From Enterobacter bugandensis (GTDB lineage Bacteria > Pseudomonadota > Gammaproteobacteria > Enterobacterales > Enterobacteriaceae): a stretch of DNA of 32,000 nucleotides. Where the stretch lies: contig CAXYPO010000002.1 of the NCBI GenBank assembly GCA_964290475.1, positions 580,146 through 612,145 of the forward strand. The letters are read 5' to 3'. This document shows positions 9,153-17,466 of this stretch, piece by piece. The first letter of the stretch is position 1. Each line of letters starts with the position of its first letter. The notes beneath the pieces were generated by a model, which had not been told where the DNA came from, made no database searches, and saw only the letters and a list, made by a program, of their open reading frames with translations. The position numbers and the translations under genes were made by a program.

Positions 9153-10295
9153 TACCCCGTAGCAGATCCCGCCCGCTACCAGCCCCCAGAACGCCGAACC
9201 AATGCCCGCCAGGGTCACCCCGCTGGCGGTGAATAAAAAGGTGACGATGGCAGCATCGCGTTCAGAGGCATTATTCAACGCCTGAGATAAACTGCCGCCG
9301 ATGGTGCCGAGCAGCGCCAGCCCGGCCAGGGTCTGGATCCAGCTCAGCGGCAGCGCCGCCATCAGCCCGACAATCGACCCGCCAAACACCCCCGCCAGCA
9401 GATAAAAAACCCCCGCAGCAGCGGCGGCCAGCCAGCGTTTATTTGCCTCCGGATGGGCGTCCGGGCTCTGGCAAATCGCGGCGGTAATGGCGGCAATGCA
9501 GATGGAGTAGACGCCGAAGGGCGAGAGCAGCAGCGCCATGCCCCCGGTGACGATAATGAGCGGCGAGACGGCAACGGGATAGCCGGAGGCCTTCATGGTG
9601 GCGAAGCCGGGCGCGTTCTGCGAGGCCATGGTGACCAGAAAAAAGGGCAACCCGATGCTGATTAAGGTGGAGAGCCGGAAGGTGGGGGCGATAAATTCCG
9701 GCATCACTACTGCAAGGGTAAGATTAGATGTGACAACGTCACCTTTAAGCACCGCTACTGCGCCGCCCACCAGCAGGGTGGCGACAATGGCGTAGCGCGG
9801 AGCCAGCGCTTTCGCAATCAGCCACGCCAGCAGCATACTGCCGCACAGCAGCAGATGCCCCTCCATATTGCTGAAGGCCTGAAGGCCAAAGCGCAGCAGC
9901 ACCCCGGCCAGCATGGCGGCCGCCAGGCTATGGGGGATTATCTGCATCAGGCGGGCAAAGAGGCCGGTGAGGCCGCAAAGTAAGATCAGGGCATTGGCGA
10001 AGATAAAAATCCCGATGGTCTCGGAGATGGTCACGCCCTGCAGGCTGGTGGCCAGCAGGGCCGCGCCGGGCGTTGACCAGGCGGTAAGCACCGGGGCCTT
10101 ATACCACCAGGAGAGCGCCAGGGTACTTATCCCCATTCCCAACCCGAGAGCAGTCATCCAGCCGGCAATCTGTGCGGGCGTGGCACCCGCCGCCGCCGCC
10201 GCCTGCCAGATAATCGCTGCCGAACTGGCGTAGCCGACCAGCACCGCCACGAAACCGGCCAAAAGGGTAGGAAAACTCAGAGATGGGGCGCGCAT
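9132..10295 (-). CDS. ydcO: BenE-family (benzoate-type) membrane transporter YdcO
   Basis: Track ORF is 9132..10364. I start at the ATG at 10295 (MRAPSLSFPTLLAGF...), preceded by CAAGGAG. Long identity to recalled E. coli YdcO (LLAGF.AVL.GYASSAAIIWQAA, VLTAWSTPGAALL, IIPHSLAAAMLAG.LLRFGLQAF, LVTMASQNAPG.A.MKA.GY, AAITAAICQSP.AHP). The 3' end overlaps the convergent AraC gene by 21 bp. Confidence 0.9.
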   Translation of the reverse strand: MRAPSLSFPTLLAGFVAVLVGYASSAAIIWQAAAAAGATPAQIAGWMTALGLGMGISTLALSWWYKAPVLTAWSTPGAALLATSLQGVTISETIGIFIFANALILLCGLTGLFARLMQIIPHSLAAAMLAGVLLRFGLQAFSNMEGHLLLCGSMLLAWLIAKALAPRYAIVATLLVGGAVAVLKGDVVTSNLTLAVVMPEFIAPTFRLSTLISIGLPFFLVTMASQNAPGFATMKASGYPVAVSPLIIVTGGMALLLSPFGVYSICIAAITAAICQSPDAHPEANKRWLAAAAAGVFYLLAGVFGGSIVGLMAALPLSWIQTLAGLALLGTIGGSLSQALNNASERDAAIVTFLFTASGVTLAGIGSAFWGLVAGGICYGVLRPRRA

Positions 10296-10305
10296 ACAAA
10301 CTCCT

Positions 10306-10351
10306 TGTGCGTTATAGCGTCCGCAAAAGGTATCACTGTGCGCTATAGCAT
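10306..10351. promoter_or_regulatory. two 15-nt direct repeats TGTGCGYTATAGCRT in the ydcO-ydcN divergent region (candidate operator)
   Basis: TGTGCGTTATAGCGT at 10306-10320 and TGTGCGCTATAGCAT at 10337-10351 match 13/15, 31 bp apart. The second copy is embedded in the imperfect palindrome TGTnnGCTATAGCnnACA (10337-10354). The first copy abuts the ydcO Shine-Dalgarno. Confidence 0.45.
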
Positions 10352-10384
10352 ACAAGTGGTACACTGCGCCCCTCGGGAGGATTT

Positions 10385-10912
10385 ATGGACATCACACAAC
10401 ATCTTGCCAGCACATTAAAAACACTGCGCCAGGCGCGGGGCTGGAGCCTGTCAAAACTGGCGGAAGAGACGGGCGTCTCCAAGGCGATGCTCGGCCAGGT
10501 GGAGCGTAACGAATCCAGCCCCACCGTCTCCACGCTGTGGAAAATAGCCACCGGACTGAACGTGCCGTTCTCAGCTTTTATCAGCCCACAGGCCGAGCCG
10601 CAGCCGGTGTTTGATCCCCAGCAGCAGGCAATGGTCATCAAACCGCTGTTCCCCTGGGATGACGAGCTGAAATACGATCACTTCTCTATAACCCTTGCGC
10701 CCGGCGCCTGTAGCGAATCCACGCCCCACGAGGCGGGCGTTATTGAGCATGTGGTGGTGATCAGCGGCGAGCTGGAGATGCAGATTGAGGGCGTCTGGCG
10801 CACCATTGGGCCGGATACCGGGGTGCGTTTTGCCGGAGATAAACCCCACGCCTATCGCAATAGCAGCGAACAGCGGGTGCACTTTCACTCACTTATCCAT
10901 TATCCCCGCTAA
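10385..10912 (+). CDS. ydcN: XRE-family HTH + cupin-domain transcriptional regulator YdcN
   Basis: 175 aa. Matches recalled E. coli YdcN (LRQ.RGWSLS.LAE.TGVSKAMLGQ.ERNESSPTV.TLWKIATGLNVPFS.FISP, DPQQQAMVI, STPHE.GVIEHVVVI.G.L, HFHSLIHYPR). Confidence 0.9.
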   Translation: MDITQHLASTLKTLRQARGWSLSKLAEETGVSKAMLGQVERNESSPTVSTLWKIATGLNVPFSAFISPQAEPQPVFDPQQQAMVIKPLFPWDDELKYDHFSITLAPGACSESTPHEAGVIEHVVVISGELEMQIEGVWRTIGPDTGVRFAGDKPHAYRNSSEQRVHFHSLIHYPR

Positions 10913-10992
10913 AGCCGCGCAAAACGATTCCGTTGACGCATACTTCTGTCTACAATAGCCGCCATTTTGACCATAACGGATAACGACGAAGT

Positions 10993-12957
10993 ATGCGCCT
11001 GCAATCCCATCATCTTGAACTCTTAAGCCCGGCTCGTGACGCCGCCATTGCCCGTGAAGCTATCCTTCACGGCGCGGATGCGGTCTATATCGGCGGCCCT
11101 GGTTTTGGCGCCCGCCATAATGCCAGCAACAGCCTGCGCGATATCGCCGAACTGGTGCCGTTCGCCCACCGCTACGGGGCGAAGGTGTTTGTCACCCTGA
11201 ACACCATTCTTCATGATGATGAGCTGGAGCCCGCGCAGCGGATGATTACCGACCTGTACCAGACCAGCGTGGACGCGCTGATCGTGCAGGATATGGGGGT
11301 GCTGGAGATGGATATCCCGCCCATCGAACTGCATGCCAGCACCCAGTGCGACATCCGCACCGTCGAAAAAGCCAAATTCCTCTCTGACGCCGGTTTCAGC
11401 CAGATCGTGCTGGCGCGTGAGCTGAACCTGAATCAGATCCGCGATATCCACCAGGCGACGGACGCCACCATCGAATTCTTTATTCACGGTGCCCTGTGCG
11501 TGGCCTATTCCGGCCAGTGTAATATCTCCCACGCCCAGACCGGGCGCAGCGCCAACCGCGGCGACTGCTCTCAGGCCTGTCGTTTGCCCTATACCCTGAA
11601 GGACGATCAGGGACGCGTAGTCGCCTTTGAAAAACACCTCCTGTCGATGAAAGACAACGACCAGACCGCCAACCTGGCGGCGCTGATCGACGCGGGCGTG
11701 CGCTCCTTCAAAATCGAAGGGCGTTACAAAGACATGAGCTACGTGAAGAACATCACCGCCCACTACCGCCAGATGCTGGACGCCATCATTGAGGATCGCA
11801 GCGACCTGGCGCGGGCCTCCTCCGGGCGCACCGAGCACTTCTTTGTGCCTTCGACGGATAAAACCTTCCATCGCGGCAGCACCGACTACTTTGTCAATGC
11901 GCGTAAGGGTGATATTGGTGCCTTTGACTCACCGAAATTCGTTGGCCTGCCGGTGGGCGAAGTGCTGAAGGTGGCAAAAGATCATCTGGACGTCACTGTT
12001 ACCGAGCCGCTGGCCAACGGCGACGGGCTGAACGTGATGATTAAGCGCGAAGTGGTGGGGTTCCGCGCTAATACGGTGGAGAAAACCGGCGAAAACCGTT
12101 ATCGCGTCTGGCCGAACGAGATGCCAGCCGACCTGCATAAAGTGCGCCCGAACACCGCGCTCAACCGCAACCTCGATCACAACTGGCAGCAGGCGCTGCT
12201 GAAAACCTCCAGCGAACGCCGCGTGGCGGTGGATATTGAGCTGGGCGGCTGGGAAGAGCAGCTGATCCTCACCATGACCAGCGAAGAGGGAGTGAGCGTC
12301 ACCCATACGCTGGACGGGATGTTTGAGGTAGCAAACAACGCCGAGAAAGCGCTGAATAGCCTGCGTGACGGGGTGGCAAAACTGGGCCAGACAATCTACT
12401 ACGCCCGCGATATCCAGGTTAACCTGGCGGACGCGCTCTTTGTGCCGAACAGCCTGCTGAACCAGTTCCGCCGTGAAACCGCCGAGATGCTTGATGAAGC
12501 CCGCCTGGCGAACTACCCGCGCGGCAGCCGTAAAGCGGTTTCCGTACCGCCACCGGTCTACCCGGAGACGCACTTAAGCTTCCTGGCGAACGTCTACAAC
12601 CACAAGGCGCGCGCCTTCTACCATCGTTACGGCGTGCAGCTGATCGACGCCGCCTACGAGGCGCATGAAGAGAAGGGCGACGTGCCGGTGATGATCACCA
12701 AACACTGCCTGCGTTTTGCCTTTAATCTCTGCCCGAAACAGGCGAAGGGAAATATCAAGAGCTGGAAAGCGACCCCGATGCAGCTGGTCAACGGCGACGA
12801 GGTGCTGACCCTGAAGTTCGACTGCCGCCCCTGTGAAATGCACGTTATCGGCAAGATGAAGAATCATATCTTCAAAATGCCGCAGCCGGGCAGCGTGGTG
12901 GCCTCTGTCAGCCCGGACGAGCTGATGAAGACCCTGCCGAAACGCAAAGGCGCCTGA
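10993..12957 (+). CDS. rlhA: U32-family protein YdcP/RlhA (23S rRNA C2501 hydroxylation factor)
   Basis: 654 aa, the same size as E. coli YdcP. Peptidase-U32 hallmarks (LELLSPA, GADAVYIGG, E.F.HGALC.AYSGQC..S). Position between ydcN and yncJ as in K-12. The function assignment is from the literature on E. coli RlhA. Confidence 0.88.
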   Translation: MRLQSHHLELLSPARDAAIAREAILHGADAVYIGGPGFGARHNASNSLRDIAELVPFAHRYGAKVFVTLNTILHDDELEPAQRMITDLYQTSVDALIVQDMGVLEMDIPPIELHASTQCDIRTVEKAKFLSDAGFSQIVLARELNLNQIRDIHQATDATIEFFIHGALCVAYSGQCNISHAQTGRSANRGDCSQACRLPYTLKDDQGRVVAFEKHLLSMKDNDQTANLAALIDAGVRSFKIEGRYKDMSYVKNITAHYRQMLDAIIEDRSDLARASSGRTEHFFVPSTDKTFHRGSTDYFVNARKGDIGAFDSPKFVGLPVGEVLKVAKDHLDVTVTEPLANGDGLNVMIKREVVGFRANTVEKTGENRYRVWPNEMPADLHKVRPNTALNRNLDHNWQQALLKTSSERRVAVDIELGGWEEQLILTMTSEEGVSVTHTLDGMFEVANNAEKALNSLRDGVAKLGQTIYYARDIQVNLADALFVPNSLLNQFRRETAEMLDEARLANYPRGSRKAVSVPPPVYPETHLSFLANVYNHKARAFYHRYGVQLIDAAYEAHEEKGDVPVMITKHCLRFAFNLCPKQAKGNIKSWKATPMQLVNGDEVLTLKFDCRPCEMHVIGKMKNHIFKMPQPGSVVASVSPDELMKTLPKRKGA

Positions 12958-13188
12958 TTAGCCCAGGTGGCTTGCCGGTTTGCGCGAGTATTGTAAGTAA
13001 TGGTGCTCGCGTAAACCTTCCGCTGACTCTTCAGCCGCGGCGCGCAGCTCGTCGCTGTCCGCTTCATGACGCAGCTGCTGTCCGACGTTCTTCACCCAAA
13101 AAAATTCATGTCCTTTGTGGCCTGCCATCAGCTGACCGGAAAAAAGCGCGCAGGTCAGCATCACTATCGATAACGTTTTTGTAAACAT
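12958..13188 (-). CDS. yncJ: small secreted protein YncJ
   Basis: 76 aa, near-identical to recalled E. coli YncJ (MFTK.LS..LLTCALFSGQLMAGHKGHEF.WVKNV..QLRHEADSDELRAAAEESAEGLREH). Its stop codon abuts the rlhA stop codon. Confidence 0.88.
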   Translation of the reverse strand: MFTKTLSIVMLTCALFSGQLMAGHKGHEFFWVKNVGQQLRHEADSDELRAAAEESAEGLREHHYLQYSRKPASHLG

Positions 13189-13375
13189 TCTGCCACCACC
13201 CGGTTACGTTGAGCGGCTATCATGCCGATAGTTTAGTTGGGTTATTATTCGACTTTTAAAGACGCGAAAAGGTTTTGTCAGATTTTGTCGGAGCGAACCG
13301 CTTTTTTTGGGGGGAGGAAGTTCTCATGATTTTCTTATTGTTAAAGCAAAGAGATAGCTCAAGGGGATAAATAAC

Positions 13376-13705
13376 TTACAGCGGCGCCCTGGTCCGGCTG
13401 AAAATCGCCGAAGCGTTTCCTGTAGGCCGGGGCGAGGCGCAGGGACGCGCCGAGAGGGCATAGCCTGCATGGATGCAGGCTGGTGCCCGACCCGAAAGCC
13501 GGAAGGAATAAGCTGAGGGTACCGCGCAGCGGCGATTTTCCTGGCCGGGAGCCGGGGTTGCCAGGGGGGAGGCGGCGAGCCCCCCTGGCACGTTCACCGG
13601 TTCAGGCGTAGCAGAGAAGCAAGGAACGTGAGGTGAACGGAACCACCTCCGGTGCCGCATGTTCCCCCTCACCCCAACCCTCTCCCTCAAGGGAGAGGGG
13701 GCCAA
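13376..13705. repeat. GC-rich, hairpin-dense non-coding block (REP/BIME- or MITE-like, or a structured RNA)
   Basis: My hand count gives ~68% G+C. It contains nested inverted repeats: GAAAATCGCCG 13400-13410 pairs with CGGCGATTTTC 13530-13540; AGCCTGCAT-GG-ATGCAGGCT lies at 13462-13481; TGCCAGGGGGG/CCCCCCTGGCA form an 11-bp stem at 13559-13590; CGTTCACC 13591-13598 pairs with GGTGAACG 13632-13639; CCCTCTCCC-TCAA-GGGAGAGGG lies at 13678-13699. A GTAGGCCGG REP-like start occurs at 13422. The only long ORF here has non-protein-like composition. Confidence 0.5.
13678..13699 (-). terminator. GC stem-loop (REP/BoxC-like) immediately 3' of the bd-oxidase operon
   Basis: 9-bp perfect stem CCCTCTCCC/GGGAGAGGG with a 4-nt loop, 12 nt after the DUF2474-like stop. 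No U-tract follows on the minus-strand RNA, so it is more likely a 3'-end stabiliser or REP than a classical intrinsic terminator. Confidence 0.4.
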
Positions 13706-13710
13706 ACACC

Positions 13711-13839
13711 TTAGTGCGCCTTAAACCCCGCCGCCGTCATCAACAGGCGGAAGAACATCCCCACCAGCGCCAGCGCCAGCACGCTGCCTCCCCAGATGAT
13801 GACCATCCACAGCAGGCGTTTCCATACAGGTTGTTGCAT
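13711..13839 (-). CDS. 42-aa single-TM peptide, DUF2474-like accessory subunit of cio-type bd oxidase
   Basis: MQQPVWKRLLWMVIIWGGSVLALALVGMFFRLLMTAAGFKAH fits the recalled DUF2474 pattern (W.RL.W...IW..SV.AL..V...RL.M.AAG). Its ATG overlaps the subunit II stop (TGATG, 13837-13841), which suggests translational coupling. Confidence 0.6.
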   Translation of the reverse strand: MQQPVWKRLLWMVIIWGGSVLALALVGMFFRLLMTAAGFKAH

Positions 13840-14849
13840 CAGTGATAGCCCTCCCCAGGCTGAACTTTGCCGCGAAAAACGTAATAGCTCCAGAAAGTGT
13901 AGACAAGAATGATGGGGATAATCAGTAGCGCCCCCACCAGCATAAAGCCCTGGCTCTGGGGCGGGGCGGCGGCCTGCCACAGGGTAATGGAGGGCGGAAT
14001 TAGATGCGGCCAGATGCTGATCCCAAGCCCGGAAAAGCCGAGAAACACCAGCCCCAGGGTCAGGATGAAGGGCAGATTATGGTGGTGCGGGTTATTCAGG
14101 CTGCGCCATTGCCACAGGCCCAACAACGCCACCAGTACCGGAACCGGCAGCAGGAAGAAGAGGTTCGGCAGGCTAAACCAGCGGGCGGCGATGGCCTTGT
14201 GCGCCAGCGGGGTCCAGATGCTGATGATAATAATCACCGCCAGCAGCGCCAGCAGCAGGCGTTTCGCCAGCTGACGCATCCGCTCCTGCAGCGGGTTTTC
14301 GCTCTTCATCACCAGCCAGCTGGCGCCCAGCAGGGCATAGGCGATCACCAGCCCCAGGCCGCAGAAGAGGGTGAAAGGGATAAACCAGTCGAAGGGGCCG
14401 CCGCTGTAAGCGCGGCCGGTCACGGCAAAACCGTTAATCACCGCCCCGACCACCATGCCCTGGGTAAAGGTGGCGAGCAGCGAGCCGCCCACAAAGGCCT
14501 TATCCCAGAACGGACGGTGCGCCGGGGTGGCTTTAAAGCGAAACTCAAAGGCCACGCCGCGAAAAATCAGGCCGATTAGCATCAGCGTCAGCGGGATGGT
14601 CAGCGCATCGATTATTACCGCGTAGGCCAGCGGAAAAGCACCAAACAGCGCCGCGCCGCCGAGCACCAGCCAGGTTTCATTCCCGTCCCACACCGGGGCA
14701 ACGCTGTTCACCATCACGTCGCGATCCTGCGGGTCACGCACGGCCGGAAAGAGAATGCCAATACCGAGATCAAAACCGTCCATCACGATATACATCAGGG
14801 TGGCAAAGACGATAATCACAAACCAGATCAGGGAGAGATCGATACCCAT
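13839..14849 (-). CDS. cytochrome bd-type ubiquinol oxidase subunit II (CydB/CioB family)
   Basis: 336-aa polytopic ORF with a typical CydB N-terminus (DLSLIWFVIIVFATLMYIVMDGFDLGIGILFP). Its start overlaps the subunit I stop by 1 nt (TAATG). Confidence 0.9.
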   Translation of the reverse strand: MGIDLSLIWFVIIVFATLMYIVMDGFDLGIGILFPAVRDPQDRDVMVNSVAPVWDGNETWLVLGGAALFGAFPLAYAVIIDALTIPLTLMLIGLIFRGVAFEFRFKATPAHRPFWDKAFVGGSLLATFTQGMVVGAVINGFAVTGRAYSGGPFDWFIPFTLFCGLGLVIAYALLGASWLVMKSENPLQERMRQLAKRLLLALLAVIIIISIWTPLAHKAIAARWFSLPNLFFLLPVPVLVALLGLWQWRSLNNPHHHNLPFILTLGLVFLGFSGLGISIWPHLIPPSITLWQAAAPPQSQGFMLVGALLIIPIILVYTFWSYYVFRGKVQPGEGYH

Positions 14850-16255
14850 TATGGCGTCTCCTTGCTTGCAAATTCAGTATCCGCCGCCGAGAGGGGACGG
14901 GCCGGGCGACCGTCGGTCTCATCGGGGAAGCTTTCATCCTCCTGCGGCCCGGTTTTAATCAGGCGCACCATGTAGCTGTAACCCACGCCAAAGACCGAGG
15001 TATAGACCAGGATAAAGCCCAGCAGGCTGACGCTCATATGCAGGTCACCATGGGCGGAGACCGCCTCGCTGGTGCGTTGTAAGCCATATACCACCCACGG
15101 CTGACGCCCCACTTCGGTGGTTACCCAGCCCGCCAGAATGGCGATCAGTCCCGCAGGCCCCATCAGTAGCGCAAACCACAAAAAAGGCCGCGAGCTGTAG
15201 AGCCGCTGCCGGTAGCGCAGCCACACGGCCACGACGCCCAGCAGCAGCATCAGCATGCCCAGCCCGGCCATAATGCGAAACGACCAGAACACGATGGTGG
15301 AGTTAGGCCGATCCGCTTTTGGGAATTCCTTCAGAGCCGGGACCTGTTTATCCAGGCTATGGGTGAGGATCAGGCTACCCAGCGCCGGGATCTCCAGCCC
15401 GTATTTTGTGCGCTCCGCCTCCATATCCGGCAGGCCGAACAGCAGCAGCGGGGTGGGCTCGCCCGGCGGGTTTTCCCAGTGCCCTTCGATGGCGGCGATT
15501 TTCGCCGGCTGGTGCTCCAGCGTATTAAGCCCGTGCATATCGCCCACCATCGCCTGGATGGGGGCGACAATAAGCGTCATCCACAGCGCCATGGAGAACA
15601 TCCTGCGGATTGCCTGCGTGCTGTTGCCACGCAGCAGATGCCAGGCCGCCGAGGCGCCGACAAACAGCGCGCTGCTTAAAAACGCGGCAATGGACATATG
15701 CAGCAGGCGGTAGGGGAAGGAGGGGTTAAATACCACCGCGAACCAGTCTACCGGCACCACCACGCCGTTGACGATCTCATAGCCCTGCGGCGTCTGCATC
15801 CAGCTGTTGGAGGCGAGGATCCAGAAGGTCGACATTAGCGTGCCCAACGCCACCATGCAGGTGGCAAAAAAGTGCAGGCCGGGCCCGACCTTCTTCCAGC
15901 CAAACAGCATCACCCCCAGGAACCCGGCTTCGAGAAAGAAGGCGGTGAGTACCTCGTAGGTCAGCAGCGGGCCGGTAATGCTGCCGGCGAACTGCGAGAA
16001 CCCACTCCAGTTGGTGCCAAACTGGTAGGCCATCACCAGGCCGGAGACCACTCCCATCCCAAAGTTGACGGCGAAAATTTTCGACCAGAAATGGTACAGC
16101 GAACGCCAGACCGGGTTTCTGGTTTTTAACCATAACCCTTCCAGTACCGCCAGATAGCTGGCGAGGCCGATGGTGATCGCCGGGAAAATAATGTGGAAGG
16201 AGACCGTAAACGCAAACTGGATCCTTGCCAGGTGAAACGCATCAAAACCAAACAT
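14849..16255 (-). CDS. cytochrome bd-type ubiquinol oxidase subunit I, short Q-loop (CydA/CioA-like)
   Basis: Track ORF runs to 16306. I start at the ATG at 16255 (MFGFDAFHLARIQFAFTVSFHIIFPA...), preceded by GAGGT. CydA motifs are present (YQFGTNWS, EGL.AFFLE..F.G...FGW). At 468 aa it is ~50 aa shorter than E. coli CydA or AppC, consistent with the short-Q-loop (cyanide-insensitive) subclass. The subclass call is inference. Confidence 0.9.
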   Translation of the reverse strand: MFGFDAFHLARIQFAFTVSFHIIFPAITIGLASYLAVLEGLWLKTRNPVWRSLYHFWSKIFAVNFGMGVVSGLVMAYQFGTNWSGFSQFAGSITGPLLTYEVLTAFFLEAGFLGVMLFGWKKVGPGLHFFATCMVALGTLMSTFWILASNSWMQTPQGYEIVNGVVVPVDWFAVVFNPSFPYRLLHMSIAAFLSSALFVGASAAWHLLRGNSTQAIRRMFSMALWMTLIVAPIQAMVGDMHGLNTLEHQPAKIAAIEGHWENPPGEPTPLLLFGLPDMEAERTKYGLEIPALGSLILTHSLDKQVPALKEFPKADRPNSTIVFWSFRIMAGLGMLMLLLGVVAVWLRYRQRLYSSRPFLWFALLMGPAGLIAILAGWVTTEVGRQPWVVYGLQRTSEAVSAHGDLHMSVSLLGFILVYTSVFGVGYSYMVRLIKTGPQEDESFPDETDGRPARPLSAADTEFASKETP

Positions 16256-16440
16256 GCACAACCTCAAAGTCAATCGTTGTGGCAACAGGTTACCGATGGC
16301 GGGCAAGGAGTATCAGAGACAGAAATGGGGAATTTAGGTATAACAGTTGTTTGAAAGTTTGGTGGTTTAGAGTGCTGTTATGGTTGAGATGAACGCCCCG
16401 CATGCAATAAAACACCCGGGGCACTCTTAACGCTATGTGC

Positions 16441-17466
16441 TTAGTCCCGCCAGCCCATCGCTGGCGCAACGTGTTTCAGAATGGACTCGATCACGTGCAC
16501 GTTATAGTCCACGCCCAGCTGATTCGGTACGGTCAGCAACAGGGTATCCGCTTCGGCAATGGCTTCGTCCTGCTTCAGCTGATCGATAAGCTTATCGGGC
16601 TCGGCGGCGTAGCTGCGTCCGAAGATGGCGCGGGTCTTCTCATCCAGATAGCCGACGCTGTCGCTCTCGTTACGGCTGGAGCCGAAGTACATCCGGTCCT
16701 GCTCGTTCATCAGGGCAAAGATGCTGCGGCTTACCGAGACGCGCGGCGTGCGGGTGTGTCCGGCCACGGCCCAGGCGTCGCGGTAGGCGCGGATCTGTTT
16801 CGCCTGCTGAATGTGGAAGGGCTCGCCGGTTTCATCATCCTTCAGGGTTGAGCTTTGCAGGTTCATCCCTAGCTTTGCCGCCCATACCGCGGTGGCGTTG
16901 GAGCCCGCCCCCCACCAGATACGATCGCGAAGCCCTTCGGAATGCGGCTCCAGGCGCAGCATACCCGGCGGGTTAGGGAACATCGGCTGCGGGTTGGGTT
17001 TGGCGAAACCTTCCCCGCGCAGTACGTCGAGCAGGACTTCGGTGTGGCGTCGCGCCATATCCGACTCGTTTTCGCCTTCCGCCGGGACGTAGCCAAAATA
17101 GCGCCAGCCGTCGATTACCTGCTCCGGGGAGCCGCGGCTGATACCGAGCTGCAAACGGCCGCCGGAGATCAAATCCGCCGAGCCGGCGTCTTCGGCCATA
17201 TAGAGCGGGTTCTCGTAGCGCATATCGATAACCCCGGTGCCAATCTCAATCCGGCGAGTTTTTGCGCCAACGGCGGCCAGCAGCGGGAAGGGGGAGGCGA
17301 GCTGGCGGGCAAAGTGGTGGACCCTAAAATAAGCGCCGTCCGCGCCAAGCTCTTCGGCGGCAACGGCCAGATCGATGGATTGCAGCAGGGCATCGGCGGC
17401 GCTGCGGGTGCCGGACTGCGGCGACGGCGTCCAGTGACCAAAGGACAAAAATCCAATCTTTTTCAT
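16441..17466 (-). CDS. LLM-class (luciferase-like) flavin-dependent oxidoreductase
   Basis: 341 aa. N-terminus MKKIGFLSFGHW..., then AEELGADGAYFRVHHFA and RLQLGISRGSPE, which are typical of the bacterial luciferase-like monooxygenase fold. Family call from pattern memory; substrate unknown. Confidence 0.8.
   Translation of the reverse strand: MKKIGFLSFGHWTPSPQSGTRSAADALLQSIDLAVAAEELGADGAYFRVHHFARQLASPFPLLAAVGAKTRRIEIGTGVIDMRYENPLYMAEDAGSADLISGGRLQLGISRGSPEQVIDGWRYFGYVPAEGENESDMARRHTEVLLDVLRGEGFAKPNPQPMFPNPPGMLRLEPHSEGLRDRIWWGAGSNATAVWAAKLGMNLQSSTLKDDETGEPFHIQQAKQIRAYRDAWAVAGHTRTPRVSVSRSIFALMNEQDRMYFGSSRNESDSVGYLDEKTRAIFGRSYAAEPDKLIDQLKQDEAIAEADTLLLTVPNQLGVDYNVHVIESILKHVAPAMGWRD

Noticed and set aside
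11023-11871. Long antisense shadow ORFs inside real genes (for example 11023-11871, 11929-12573, 5401-6015, 8247-8696, 14004-14579, 18474-19064, 20179-20724, 21531-22145, 25824-26525)
   Set aside because: Each lies fully within, and antisense or out of frame to, a gene with strong homology support. Their Arg/Gly/Ala/Pro-rich, low-complexity translations are the usual artefact of high-GC third positions.
13224-13231. GCCGATAG, a 7/8 match to the sigma-28 -10 element, upstream of yncJ on the plus strand
   Set aside because: There is no TAAA-type -35 at the required 11-nt spacing (TACGTTGA instead) and no plus-strand gene to drive.
13381-13560. Possible cobalamin riboswitch (CGCGCAGCGG and GAAAATCGCCG-like strings recall the btuB leader)
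   Set aside because: There is no B12 box (GCCACTG-type) on either strand, the element order does not fit, and no downstream gene is in the right orientation.
13376-13705. 109-aa minus-strand ORF (MAPSPLRERVGVRGNMRHRRW...) spanning the GC-rich block
   Set aside because: Its Pro/Arg/Ala/Gly-dominated composition is typical of a random frame in GC-rich DNA. It has no SD and coincides exactly with the nested inverted repeats. I treat it as non-coding.
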